From: Felis catus
Taxonomy: Eukaryota
Reading direction: 5' to 3'
Assembly: GCF_018350175.1 (NCBI RefSeq)
Contig: NC_058373.1
Coordinates: 102,798,001 to 102,862,000 of the forward strand
Length of the DNA stretch: 64,000 bases
Both the position numbers and the translations under genes were made by a program. This document shows positions 49,806-63,379 of this stretch, one piece after another; position 1 is the first letter of the stretch, and the number at the start of each line of letters is the position of its first letter. The notes under the pieces were generated by a model. The model did no database searches. It was not told where the DNA came from and saw nothing but the letters and a program-made list of their open reading frames with translations.

Positions 49806-51138
49806 CTCTGTGTCTTGTAATGGGTTTGAGTAAGTCAGTGGACATATGGCTCAGAGGAAAGAACACTTTGCCAGGGGGCTTTAATGCTTTTATTCTAGAC
49901 TCAGCCCCTAAACTATGGCATGACTTTGGGCAAGTCAGTCAACCTTTGGGGACTACTTGACTATGTTGGGATTCTTCAGCCCTAAGACAGTGTTTCCAAA
50001 TGCTAGTTTTTGGTTGAGAGGGGGACAAGTTGAGTAATGAGTATTTTCTGTTTCAGTCATTAGAGTTTTAACCTCAAAGGGGGTGGAGTAGGCCATGTCC
50101 TGGAAGATTATCTTAGAATGAGATGGTAATGGGTACCTATTAGGGTACCAGTATGTAACTCATTTTATAGCTTCCACACTATTTAACAGATCCCCAGTCA
50201 AGATGCCCGTATGGGAGATTGGTTTTCTCTCTTTGGTGACCTATGGCCTAATGAGTATTTACAGGCCAGTAAAATTAGACTATCAGTGAATGTAAAAACT
50301 AACACACACCATAGAGGAGTTTCTGCTAGATCCCCCAGTGTCCACTTTCTCTCCTAGAGCTTGTAAAGGGAGCTTAGGAAAGTTCCAGGGAGAAGCTGAG
50401 CTGTGAGAAGGAGGCAGAAGGGGCCTAGTGATCTTTTCCCTACGGGGATGGGCAGAAGCCTGCTCTTTTATCCTGTGCTGGTGACAGCCTTCACCCTTTA
50501 TTCTTACCAGACATCTTCACGTGCAGGACACTGAGAAAGCAGATTCATGAGGTTGGATGGTGACATCGTTCCCAGCTTTAAAAAGAACCGCACCTTAATA
50601 AGTAGTAAAAGGACCCAGGCAATTTGAAAAGCAGCAAAATACAAGGGGCAGAGTCCTGGTGTGACAATGGAGATAATAGTCCCAAGGTTGGAGACCGAAT
50701 GCAGTTTTTTTTTAAAGAAACAAAAAATGAGGCTGTTAAACCAAAAATAGGAACAGGAAAACCAGCCCCACATAAATTCTTCAGAGAAAATAAGATGTGA
50801 AATGCAATAGAAGTTTTGGAGCAGTAGTTTTGTTTCAATAGATACGACTTGTTCTGATGGAATTTTCTGATAACTTGTTTCTCATATGGCAACTCCCCAA
50901 CCTGCCCCACCATGCACACTAACGGAGTATGTTTTGTTTTTCTCCCGAAAAAGAAAACATGAAAAAAGATAACTTCTTAGAGATGCTTCCTACTCCAAGA
51001 AAACTCTTTGCTGCTAGTGAAGAATTTTCCTGGGTCCTACATGAAAAATACAATTATTTTATTCCAATCAGCTAATGTTCCTCAAGAAATTACTTTATTG
51101 GAGGGAAAACACAATACTTTAAAAAATGTTTTGGTTTT

Positions 51139-51584
51139 GGGGCACCTGGGTGGCTCAGTTGGTTAAGTGATAGACTATTGATTTTGGCTCAGGTCTTGAT
51201 CTCATGGTTTGTGAGATCGATCCCTGCGTTGGACTGTATGCTGACAGCGCGGAGCCTGGTTGGGATTCTCTCTGTCTCCCTCTCTCTGCTCCCCTCCTGC
51301 TCATGATTTCTCTCTCAAAATAGATAAGTAAACATTTAAGAAAAAAAAATTTTTAATGTTTATTTATTTTTGAGACAGAGAGAGACAGAGCATGAACGGG
51401 GGAGGGTCAGAGAGAGGGAGACACAGAATCCGAAACAGGCTCCAGGCTCTGAGCCGGCAGCACAGAGCCCGACGCGGGGCTCGAACTCACAGACCGCGAG
51501 ATCATGACCTGAGCCGAAGTCAGCCGCTTAACCGACTGAGCCACCCAGGCGCCCAAGAAAAAAATTTTAAAAAGTTTTGGTTTT
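51139..51584 (+). mobile_element. Can-SINE whose A-tail holds a second, opposite-orientation SINE
   Basis: Outer TSD aaaaatgttttggtttt / aaaaagttttggtttt. Confidence 0.9.
51350..51554 (-). mobile_element. Young Can-SINE nested in the tail of the preceding SINE
   Basis: CpG-rich (cccgacgcggggctcgaactcacagaccgcgag); flanked by aagaaaaaaa(aa)tttt on both sides. Confidence 0.93.
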
Positions 51585-51761
51585 TAAAAATTGATCCCTT
51601 CAACACCTCAGCTATTATTGGGAAAAGGTAGAATTTGACATTGATCCCTGTCCAAATAGAACTTACATTCTAATGGCAGGAGGTAGACAGCAACCAAACA
51701 AATGATGAGTACTCTGAAGGAAAATGAAGAAAGTGAGAAGGTAGAAAGGAAAGAAATTACC

Positions 51762-51946
51762 TTTTTTTTTTTTTAAAAAAAAGCATTTATTTTTGGGAGA
51801 GCACAAGTGGGGGAGGGGCAGAGAGAGGGGGACAGAGGATCCGAAGTGGGCTCTGTGCTGACAAATGTGGGGCTCGAACTCATGAACCGTGAGATCATGA
51901 CCTGAGCCATAGTTGGACCCTCAACTGACTGAGCCACCCAGGTGCC
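51762..51946 (-). mobile_element. Can-SINE (internally shortened)
   Basis: gggctcgaactcatgaaccgtgagatcatgacctgagcc...gagccacccaggtgcc. Confidence 0.9.
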
Positions 51947-52308
51947 TCACAAATGAATTTTTTAGATGAACTGACTGGGGGTCTCCTCTCAGAGGGGGTG
52001 GTGTTTGAGCAGATCTAAATGAAGTGAGGGAGCACATAAATATTTGGGAGAACATTCTAGGCTTCAGGCAATAAGACCAGCATGACTGGAACAGAAAGAG
52101 TGGAGGGGAGAATGAGGCGGGGACAAATAGTCTTATGAAGCTGTTATGAGGACATTACACTTTACTTCCATGTTGACTACTTTGGGACTTTGAGCAGAAA
52201 GTAACAGGGTCTGACCTAAGTTTTAAAATAATTACTCTTGAGCACTATGTGGAAAATTAAGTGTACTAAGAGTGGAATCAAGGACACTATTTAAGAAGGT
52301 ATCGTATT

Positions 52309-52506
52309 GGGGCACCTGGGTGGCTCAGTTCATTAAATGTTGGACTTCGGCTCAGGTTGTGATCTTGTAGTTCAAGAGTTCAAACCCACATTCGTGAGTT
52401 TGAGTCCCATGTTGGGCTCCTGCTCTTGGTGGATGTGGAGCCTGTTTCAGATCCTCTGTCTCCCTTTCTCTCCGCCCCTCCCCTGCTCACGCTCCCTCTC
52501 TCTGTG

Positions 52507-52551
<45 letters not shown>

Positions 52552-52566
52552 AATAACATTAAAAAA
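52309..52566 (+). mobile_element. Can-SINE
   Basis: TSD gaaggtatcgtatt / gaaggtattgtatt; short internal duplication near the B-box. Confidence 0.92.
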
Positions 52567-52676
52567 GGAAGGTATTGTATTAGTTCAGGCAAGATAGTGG
52601 CTTGGTAGGATGTTAGAGGTGAGTTAATGAGAAATGATTATATTTGGAACATATATTTAGAATATAGGTAATAGGA

Positions 52677-52864
52677 TTTTTTTGATGCTTATTTATTTAT
52701 TTTGAGGGGGGGTGCATCGAGAGAGGGAGACAGAGAATCCCAAGCAGGCTTCACATGGTCAGCGCAGAGCCCAACATGGGGCTCAAACTCATGAACTGTG
52801 AGATTGTGACCTGAGCCGAGATCAATAGTTCGGATGCTTAACCCACTTATCCACCCATGCACCC
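52677..52864 (-). mobile_element. Can-SINE
   Basis: gagaatcccaagcaggcttcac...ccacccatgcaccc. Confidence 0.88.
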
Positions 52865-53189
52865 TGGTAACAGAATTTATTGATGGATTATTTGTGTGGG
52901 ATGAGGGAAAGACAGGAGCTGATAAGGAGTCCAGAATCATTAGGAACTGAAGGAATGGAGGAAAAGTTTTGCATTTCCAGTGCATAAGAAAAATGAAGGC
53001 AATGGGTATATAGGGCTGGGCACCTAGCATAGGTGTGGTGTAGAGATGGAGTGTGGCCAGGAAAGATTTACTGCTTTCCTTTTACATGCTAATTCATTGC
53101 CTTGTTGGCTTTGTCTGATCCTGTCTTTCTGACTTTGTGAGTTTTGTTTTGCTTTTTTGGGCAGGGGTGGAGTGGGGTAGAATTTAGCA

Positions 53190-54600
53190 TTTTTTTAAAT
53201 TGAAATATAACTGATAAAACATTGTGTAATTTTAAGGCATATGAGGTGTTGATTTGATACACTTATATATTGCAGTATGATTACCACCATAGAGTTAGCT
53301 AACACCTCTTTCACGTCACACAATTATCAATTTTTTTTTTTTTGTGGTGAGAGCATTTAAGATCTAGTCTCTTAGCAGTTTTGAAGTTTATAATACAATA
53401 CGGTTGACTATAATCACTATACTGTGCATTAAATCTCCAGAACTTATTTAACTATTAGTTGCAGGTTTGTACTCTTAAAAAATATCTCCCCAGTTTCCCT
53501 GATCCCCAGCCCCTGATAATCACTATTTGACCCTCTGTTTATACAAGTTCAGTTTTTTTTGTTTTGTTTTGTTTTGTTTTTTAGATTCCACATACAGATG
53601 ATATGATACAGTATTGGCCTTTCTCTGTCTGACCTATTTCACTTAGCATAATGCCCTAAAGTTCCATACATGATGTTGCAAATGTCAGGATGTTCTTTTT
53701 TTTCCTGACTAAATAATATTCCATTGTGTATGTATATATACCACATCTTTAACCATTCATCCACTGTTGCGTACTTGTTGTTTCCATATCTTGCTTTTGT
53801 GAATAATGCTGCAATGAAAATTGGAATGCAGGTATCTTTTTTATATTCTGTTTTCATTTCCTTTGGATATGTAACCAGATCATATAGTAGTTCTATGTTT
53901 CATTTTTTGAGGAACCTCCATACTCTTTCCCATAGTGGCTACACCAATTTACATTCCCACCAGCAGTGCATGAGTGTTCCCATTTCTTTACATTTTTACC
54001 AATGCTTGTTATCTCTTGTCTTCTTGATGAGAATCATCATAACAGTGTGAGGTGATATCTCATTGTGGTTTGGATTTGCATTTTCCTGATGATGAGTGAT
54101 GTTGAACATTGTTTCGTGTACCCATTGGTCATTTGGATGTTGTCGTCATCATCATTGTCACCGTCATCTTCTTCTTTGGTGGTTGTCTTCTTTTGAAAAA
54201 TGTCTATTTAGTTGTTCCGCCCATTTTTAAAATCAGATTTTTTTGTTATTTAGTTGTATGAGCTTTTTATATATTTTGGCTATTAACCTCTGCAAATATT
54301 TTTTTCCCATTCCATAGACTACCCTTTCATTTAGTTAATTGTTGATTTTGCTGTGCAGAAGCTTTTTAGTTTGATTTTGTCTCACTTGTTAATTTTTACT
54401 TCTGTTGCTTGTGCTTTGTGTCATATCCAAAAAAATCATTGCCATTACCAATGGCAAGGAGCTTTCCCCCTATGTCTTCTTCCAGGAATTTATAGTATCA
54501 GGTCTACTGATACTGTATACTGATACTGATTTATGTTTAATCATGTCTTATAGTTAAGTCTTTATTTATTTTGAGTTAATTATTATGTGAGTGTGGTAAG
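53190..54600 (-). mobile_element. 5'-truncated L1 (L1MA/MB-like): ORF2 C-terminus and 3'UTR
   Basis: ORF 53639-53857 (KDTCIPIFIAALFTKAR...) is L1 ORF2 C-terminal sequence; gtgtgaggtgatatctcattgtggttt motif. Confidence 0.9.
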
Positions 54601-55106
54601 ACAGGGATTTTGTTTGTTTGTTTTTTTCTCTTCTGGGAATCATTACTGCCTGATCTTGGCCTATGGATCTTAAGACTAGATCAGTGGCCGTACTGCCAAG
54701 CTGAACATCTAAGGGTAGAGCTCCCTGGTCTTCAGGACTAGGCTCTGGGCCTTTGCTTTGACCAGAAGAATCCAGAGCTGAGATCTAGCTTTCAGGGGTA
54801 AAGTAACTCACCAGGGAACACACCTTATCCTGTCACTGGAACAGTAGGACAACATTATCAGGAGTGTCCTAGCCACTCTGAGCACACTCAACCAGTCTGT
54901 GGTTCAGGCTATTCAAGATTCACTAATGGAGCCAGGAATAGAGTCAGTTTTTCCTAGTGCATATGGTGGAGGTAGATACTTGACTAACAGTTAAACTTCT
55001 AAGAGGTAGGAGAAATATATACTGAGTGGCCCAAACAGAAAATGTCCACTACCTGAGGGGAGAGAAGCAGCATGCTCAGGCAACAAGTGGAGATTAAAAG
55101 CACTTT

Positions 55107-55340
55107 GGGGGCTCCTGGGTGGCTCAGTGGGTTAAGCATCCAACTTCGGCGCAGGTCATGATCTCGCGGTTCGTGAGTTCAAGCCCTGCGTTGGGCTCTG
55201 TGCTGACAGCGTGGAACCTGGAGCCTGCTTTGAAGTCTGTGTCTCCCTCTCTCTCTGCCCTTACCCTACTCATGCTCTGTCTCTGTCTCTGTATCTCTCT
55301 CTCAAAAATAAACAAACATTAAAAAAATAAACTAAAAAAA
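55107..55340 (+). mobile_element. Can-SINE
   Basis: TSD aaaagcacttt / aaaagcatttt. Confidence 0.95.
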
Positions 55341-56884
55341 AGCATTTTGGGGTATCTGTAGTCCATGGGAGAACATGGTGTAACAATCTATTTTGAGCTT
55401 ACTTACAGTTAGACACCTTCAAGGATACATACTTATGTTGAAGCATACCTTGCCTTTAGGCATTAATAAGAAAATGATAATGTATATGTAAGTCAGAGCC
55501 TGTTGTGCTTAAGGGACAGAAGCTTCTCAGAAATCATACTCACATTGACCTGTTTTCAGTCATCTTAGAAACAAGCCATTCCTCTCTGTAATTGATGGCA
55601 ATATTAACCCTGCTTCTGGTTTAAAGAGATCAGAGATCAGAGATGGGAAATGGATCCGGTTTCTCAAATGAACATCATAGGTCATGCTATGTTAGAGCTG
55701 AAAGGATCTCAGAAGCTGTTCAGTCCAATCCTTTAATTAGATGATAGGGAGGAAGAGGCTTCAGTAGAGTTCTAGATATTATGTATTACATAAACATTTG
55801 AAGAATTATTTAACCATTCCATGTAAACTGTGTGACTCTCCTCTTAATTTGCTATTTCTGCTGGGTCCATGTCTGAATGAAGGAAAATTAGATCCTTATA
55901 GTATACATCTTTTGTCTTTTCCTCTCAGTCATCCATTAACTAGAAAAATTTTCACTGAGTACCTATTACATATCTGGGACTGTTCTTAGTTGAGAATATA
56001 GTAGTTAACAAGACAGACATATAGAGGGAGGAGACAGAAAAAAACTCAACAGTCAACTGCATTATTTAGAAATTGTGATATTATAAAGAAAACAAAAGAA
56101 GGATGCTATGAACTAGTGAAAAATTGGGAGCTACTTTAGCTAAGAAGATCAAGGGTGAATTCTCAGAAGAAAGGAATCATTCAAAGAATTTAACTCAAGG
56201 TGATCTGAGAAAATTCCAGCAGGCCTCGTGCAGCTCCAGCCCCCTAAGGATAGTTCAGGTCTGGACATTTGAGATGATCCTATAGCTGTTCTTGTCTGGT
56301 TAGATTAAAGTTTCCCTAAGCTCCTGGAAGCTATCCAGATCGACATAGCCTGGTTTATGGAGGCCATAATCCATAATGGCATAAGAACCAGCTGGCTGTG
56401 TGGGGGGACACGTCTACAGATGCCAGGTTGTGTCTTGTACAGCTATAGGGTCACCATTCACACCAAATGAACACAAGTGTACATGGTGGCTTTGACCAAG
56501 ACAAAGATTTAGTGTGGTTTCCCCCTTTAATTTGTTGCATGAAATAGTCTGGGATTTAGTTTAGTCAGTGGATTTGGTTTAGTCTACTCTCTGCCTCCCT
56601 TGATAAACTCCGTGGTGATGGCCTGAACATTCAAGTTTTGTGAACTTTAGCCCTGTGTGTTTCCAAACAGAATCATCACTGCAGAACATGGAGTCCAGAA
56701 GCCTTGAGGGGCTCTTAACTAGTTCTTTGGTCCAAGAAAGAATTCCAGAAACTTGCTACTGTTGACAAGACTTCTAAATATCATGAATAACTTGGAAAGC
56801 TCAGGTATCATAGCACTACCCTACCACCCCCAACCTAGTGATAATATATATTTATTCATATGCCTTTTCCACTGCCTCTCTCTC

Positions 56885-57119
56885 TTTTTTTTTTTTTTTT
56901 AATTTTTTTTTTTCTTCAACGTTTATTTATTTTTGGGACAGAGAGAGACAGAGCATGAATGGGGGAGGGGCAGAGAGAGAGGGAGACACAGAATCGGAAA
57001 CAGGCTCCAGGCTCTGAGCCATCAGCCCAGAGCCTGACGCGGGGCTCGAACCCAAGGACCGCGAGATCGTGACCTGGCTGAAGTCGGACGATTAACCGAC
57101 TGCGCCACCCAGGCGCCCC
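56885..57119 (-). mobile_element. Young Can-SINE (same subfamily as 24772-25000)
   Basis: CpG-rich; TSD tccactgcctctctct / tcccctgcctctctct. Confidence 0.97.
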
Positions 57120-59278
57120 TCCCCTGCCTCTCTCTTATCCCCACATTTAAGCTGCCTGAGAACAGAATCTTTGATTCATTCATGCTTCCCAGAGCCCTAG
57201 AACAGCACTGCTTTACATGTAGTTGGTGTCCAATAACTGCTTATTCTATCAATTAACGGAGCTTCACAGAGCTTATGTGATCATGAGTCAGAACTTTTTC
57301 ATCTGGGTCCTCCCAGAAAGGTTTGGCTTCTAGGCCTACAGCAGAATAATCCTGACTCTGGGAGCTGGGAACCATCTGGAGGCTCTCAGCTGGGGAACAC
57401 AGAAAATCCAGTATCAGGGTTAAGATAGGCTGGAAACAGGATGCCCTCAGAACTTACATCCCAGTGAGATCCCCAAACCCTTTGCCTCAGTAGGAGAGGT
57501 AGAAAGGGATTAGGGCTCCTTGGGACCCCTCTTCACCCTCAGTCGCAGCGGGCTGAGGACTGCACCAGCACCATCCACCCAGTACACACGGGATTCTACC
57601 CCAGAATTTGTATTTAAAGGGAACCCTACTTTCTCTTGCTTTTTATTTTTAGCTTTGGGTCAAAAAAAACCACCTGTTTTATTCTAAGTCAGGAATATGC
57701 TTTATGACCTTTCCCAAATGGAAGGCAAGGTGCCCATAGTCTATAATTTTAATTTAAATCAATTCCTTTCCTAGCTTGAAAAACAAACACAAATAACCTC
57801 CCAGGAAGGTGAACTTTTGGGGACTCCAAAGGGTTCTCGGGGTACTTTCAGTGTTCTGTAGTTGATCTTTCACAAAGGTAAACAGGACTTACCTTGCTGG
57901 TTTCTGAGAAGTTTGTGGAGGGGTGTGTACCAGGCTTCAACAAAACAACGTTGTGAGGCTGAGTGCCAAGTTCTTTGTGTGAAGGGCAAATCCGTGCTGG
58001 TGTAGAGTTGCGGCCACATATGGTGCCGATGCCTGCTGTTTGGAAGGAATTGCAGTGCAATTAAAAGACTTTCTGAGACTTGGCAATATTGTTAATTCCT
58101 TTGCCATTTTATATGAGCAGGAGGATTAATTAGCGTTGGCTTTATAGAGTTATATCTAAATGCATATGTTTTGGGTTAGATATTTCTTTTTACTAGATTA
58201 GTCAGACTTGTTCCCAACTGTGAAGGCTGCCTCATGGGATTCATTCGTGCCTGCCTGAATGCTTCTTGTTTGCTGGGGTGTGTTATCCAGGGCTGACACC
58301 AGAACCATTTATAGTGAAGCTGACTCTGTCCTTACCTTGCAGTATTACTTTTGAAGAAGAAATCAGAAGCTAAGTGGGTAGGGATTTAGAATACAGGGGT
58401 TGACTTGGTCACAGAATACCTCTTGTTTTTGTCCATTTCTGCAAATGACTTTTTAAAACAGTCTAATTTTCCCAGTTGCTTTTCCTTGATATTTCTTTGT
58501 TTTCACACTTCTATAGGAGAGAGAAAAAGAGACAAAACTCTTTGCAGCAGGGGCATCTTTTAATGAAGCTTAGAATAACCCTCCAGAGCTACTTATTCAG
58601 ACCTCCTCAGTGTTCACATCTGAGCCCAGGAGGTTCCCAGTTCTTCTGTCAATTAAGCCATAATTAGTAGAATAGTTTTTCATGGATGCTTTGGTGACCT
58701 TGGAAATACAGGGTATTCTAGAAATAGTCGCATTCATGATTCTCTTTCTTATTGCTCTTGGTAATGAGGGTAGTTTTCTTACCTCCCGGCATTGGGCCTA
58801 ACACACGGAGGTATACAGTAAATGTTGAATGAATAAATGTTTGGCTTGGTGCTTGGGACGTTGTCTGGGGGCAGTGGCTGTCAACTTAGCCTGCATGAGG
58901 TTCACCAAGACAGCTTATTAACAGAGTCACTCCAGGCTCCTGCCTCAAGTTAGGATCTGGTAGGTCAGGGGAAGGTTGCAAAAGTCCACATTTTTAACAA
59001 ATATCCCAGTGGATTTGTAGGCAGGTTAACTTTGGACCTCACATACTGCAAAAGAAACTGCTCGGGGGGATATGGCATTCAGAGCTTTAGAGAAAAAGTT
59101 TCTTCAGACCAGCTTAGGCTCCTTCTCATTTCCATCCATGCCCATGGCCTCCTCTGGGGACCCTCATGGTGATGACTCCCTTTCTCCCAAGCTGTTGCTC
59201 AAGCAATCTGTCCAGATGCCACTCCCTGGTCTTCCACTTCTGATCATTGCAGAATCCACTTCGCTGCAGATCAGAGTC

Positions 59279-59300
59279 TTTTTAATGTTTATTTATTTAT

Positions 59301-59347
<47 letters not shown>

Positions 59348-59516
59348 CACAAGGAGGGAAGGGACAGAAAGAGAGGGAGACAGAGAATCCCAAGCAGACT
59401 CTGTGCTGTCAGCACAGAGCCCGACACTGGGCTCAAACTCACAAACCATGAGATCATGACCTGAGCTGAAACCAAGAGTTTTGGACGTTTAACTGACTGA
59501 GCCACCCAGGTGCCCC
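59279..59516 (-). mobile_element. Can-SINE
   Basis: Perfect TSD tgcagatcagagtct; (GA)n tract. Confidence 0.95.
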
Positions 59517-60510
59517 TGCAGATCAGAGTCTTGCTGTTCCTCTGGAGCTACCTGAGAGCAGTATAATTGGAGCACACCCCTTGGTCTTACTTTGGGATGG
59601 TACAAATTCACTGGTGGCTAGAGTGCCTTGTGCTTATTCGTTTGGTTGTGGTGACCTTTCAAGGCACCTGTGCTGTGTGTCTGTACAAGACATTGAATGA
59701 TGTTAGTCATATGGGCTTAGGTGTGTAAATGAGATGATGAATTTAAATTTCTTAGCATAGCTCAGGCTATATAACACATGCTGTATATATTGTGGATGTT
59801 TTTGCCTCTGTGAATTGTTAACTCCTTTAGGGGCATTCCAAGGACACAAACTAGAATCAAACTAGATTTCCCAAGGGATCAAGCCAGTGCTGACACTTAG
59901 CTGAAAGTTGGACCTCAGTCTGCCATGGCCGTAAGATAAATAAATAGCAAAACCCCAGGGATGCATCAAGTGGGCGGTTTTAGCAACAGCTGATGCTGTC
60001 AACTGAGAGGGGTGTTGATAAAGTGATATAGGAAGTAACTGTGCACAAAAGCCTCCTGAGTAGACTCAGCAGGACGATGTCATCTTCACACTCAAAAGCT
60101 AGGGATGCTCCTCGCCTCCTCCCTGCCACGGTAGGAACAAAGGCATTTTATAGCAGGCAGACTTTGTTGGTCTCATTAAATGAGAGTTATACTTTCTATA
60201 ATAGCACAAATGTGTGCAATAGTGAATAGGAGCAGAAGCAGCAAAACAATAAAAATGTAGCCACTGAAGAATATATTTTAAAATCTAAACTATTGGCCAC
60301 TGCAGACAGAGACTGAGAATTCTCTCTAGTTTTCCCAGTCCCGATTCTCTTGCTTTAGGACACTCAGTGTGCACAGCCTGAAGAGAAGGCATGAGATGTC
60401 CTTTCAAAGACTGTGTAATCCATGATGTCAAGGCATATTGGGTAGTCTGCCTTAGTGTGCAAATCACCAGTCAACTAGGCTAAAAGTGGCTGAAAATGAA
60501 GAACTTACTC

Positions 60511-60584
60511 TTTTTTTTTTAATTTTTATTTGTTAACATTTATTCATTTTTGAGAGACAGAGACAGAGTGTGAGTTGGGGAGGG

Positions 60585-60623
<39 letters not shown>

Positions 60624-60758
60624 GAATCTGAAGCAGGCTCCAGGCTTTGAACTGTCAGCACAGAGCCCTACATGGGGCTCAAACCCATGAACTGAACCGT
60701 GAGATCATGACCTGAGCTGAAGTTGGGCGCTTTACTGACTGAGCCACTCCGCCGCCCC
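60511..60758 (-). mobile_element. Can-SINE
   Basis: TSD agaacttactctt / agaacttattctt. Confidence 0.93.
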
Positions 60759-61636
60759 AGGGAGAACTTATTCTTAACAAGGAGTTGGTGGTCTGCAGTT
60801 TCAGAGTTTATTCAGAAGATCAGTCCTCTGGGTTGGTGATTCTTTCATTCTTTTGGCTTTTTTTGTTGAGATCACAAGATGGTCATCGCAATTCTGAGGT
60901 TTATTCCACACAACAGGCTCCAAGAGGGAAGGAAGGGGTATTTTTCTCCCCACCCTCTCCCTGTTTCCCCCTTCCCCTTGTCTGTCTCCTTTTCCTCATT
61001 CTCTCTCACCTTTTCTCTTTCTCCCCCTCTTTCCCCATCCTGCCCTTCTCTCTTCCCTTTCTCCCTTTCTTTTTCTCCTGTCTCCCTCTGTCTTTTATCT
61101 AGCATAAAAATCCTTCTCAGAAGCTTCTGAAAGATTTACCTTACCTCTCTTTGACTAGAACCAAATCATGTGCTCTCCTCGGGCTGATCACTAGCCAGTG
61201 CCTAGAGGGTTACTATTTTGATTTAGACAACCTATCATGGCCTCTTTCCTGCATCTAGAGGGGGGCTCCCACTCCTGAGCCTGTAGCTGCATGAATGCTA
61301 TCAAGACTCAATGTGCTAAGAAAGAAGAGAGGAATGATTGGTGGTCAGTTGTAATAACTTTCTAGAGCTATTATGAATGGTATCACAAACTAGGTGGTTT
61401 AAATAATAGAAATTTATTGCCTTGCAATTCTGGAGGCCAGAAGTCTGAGATCAAGATGTTGGTAAGGTTGGCACCTTCTGAGATCTGTGAGGAAGAGTCT
61501 GTTCCACATCTTTCTTGTTTCTGGTAGTTTGTTAGCAATCTTAGGCATTCCTCAGCTTGTAGGAGCATCATCTCGATTTCTGCTTTCATCTTCAAATTCT
61601 GTTCTCTCTGTGTGCCTTTGTCCAAATATCCCTTTA

Positions 61637-63379
61637 TTATTTTATTTTATTTCATTTTATTTCATTTTATTGTTCAGATTTTATTTTAATTTATTTTTTT
61701 ACCATTTAATTTAATTAATTTTTAAAAATTTACATCCAAGTTAGTTAGCATATAGTGCAACAATGATTTCAGGAGTAGACTTCTTAATGCCTCTTACCCA
61801 TTTAGCCCATTCCCCCCCCACCCCTCCAGTAACCCTTAGTTTGTTCTCCATATTTATGAGTCTCTTCTGTTTTGTCCCCCTCCCTGTTTTTACATTATTT
61901 TTGCTTCCCTTCCTGTGTGTTCATCTGTTCTGTGTCTTAAAGTCCTCATATGAGTGAAGTCATGTGATATTTGTCTTTCTCTGACTAATTTTGCTTAGCA
62001 TAACACCCCCTACTTCCATCCACGTAGTTGCAAATGGCAAGATTTCATTATTTTTGATTGCTGAGTAATACTCCATTGTATATGTATACCACAGCTTCTT
62101 TATCCATTCACTCATTGGTGGACATTTGGGCCCTTTCCATACCTTGGCTATTGTTGATAGTGCTGCTATAAACATTGGGGTGCATGTGCCCCTTCGAAAC
62201 AGCATACCTGTATCCCTTGGATAAATACCTAGTAGTGCAATTGCTGGGTCGTAGGGTAGTTCTTTTTTTTAAAGTTTATTTATTTATTTTGAGAGAGAGA
62301 GAGAGAGAGCACAAGCAGGAGAGGGGCAGAGAGAGGGAGAGACAGAATTCCAAGCAGGCTCTGCACCATTAGTGCAGAGTCTGATGCGGGGCTTGAACTC
62401 ATGAACTGTGAGATCATGACCTGGGCAGAGATCCAGACTCGGATGTTTAACCAACTGCGCCACCCAGGCACCCCAGGGTAGTTGTATTTTTAATTTTTTG
62501 AGGAACCTCCATCCTGTTTTACAGACTGGCTGTACCAGTTTGCATTCCCACCAGCAGTGCAAAAGAGATCCTCTCTCTCCGCATCCTCACCAACATCTGT
62601 TGTCACCTGAGTTGTTAATGTTAGCCATTCTGACAGGTGTGAGGTGGTATCTCATTGTGGTTTTCATTTGTATTTCCCTGATGATGAGTGATGTTAAGCA
62701 TTTTTTCATGTGTTGGTTGGCCATCTGGATGTCTTCTTTGGAGAAATGTCTATTCATGTCTTTTGTCCGTTTCTTCACTGGATTATTTGTTTTTTGGGTG
62801 TTGAGTTTGATAAGTTCTTTATAGATTTTGGATACTAACCCTTTATCTGATATGTCATTGCAAATATCTTCTCCCATTCTGTCGGTTGCCTTTTAGTTTT
62901 GCTGATTGTTTCCTTCGCTGTGCAGAAGATTTTTATTTTGATGAGGTCCCAGTAGTTCATTTTTGCTTTTGTTTCCCTTGCCTCTGGAGATGTGTTGAGT
63001 AGGAAGTTTCTGCAGCCAAGGTCAAAGAGGTTTTTGCCTGCTTTCTTCTCGAAGATTTTGATGGCTTTCTGTCTTACATTTAGGTCTTTCATCCATTTTG
63101 AGTTTATTTTTGTGTAGGTATAAGAAAGTGGTCCAGGTTCATTTTTATGCATATCACTGTTCAGTTCTCCGAGCACCATTTGCTGAAGAGACTGTCTTTA
63201 TTCCATTGGATATTCTTTCCTTCTGTGTCAAACATTAGTTGACCATACATTTGTGGGTCCATTTCTGGGTTCTCTATTCTCTTCCATTGATCTGAGTGTC
63301 TGTTTTTGTGCCAGTACCATACTGTCTTGATACCATACTGTCTTGATGATTACAGTTTTGTGAGACAGCTTGAAGTCTG
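61637..63379 (-). mobile_element. 5'-truncated carnivore L1 (ORF2 3' part, 3'UTR, A-rich tail)
   Basis: ORF fragments KINSKWMKDLNVR..., [11 protein letters not shown]...RCW, CTPMFIAALSTIAKVWKGPKCP are L1 ORF2; TSD caaatatccctttatt / caaatttcccctttt. Confidence 0.95.
62263..62474 (-). mobile_element. Can-SINE nested in the L1
   Basis: TSD agggtagttct / agggtagttgt. Confidence 0.95.

Noticed and set aside
61960..63179. L1 ORF2-like ORFs as an active element
   Set aside because: 5'-truncated, frameshifted and interrupted by a SINE.
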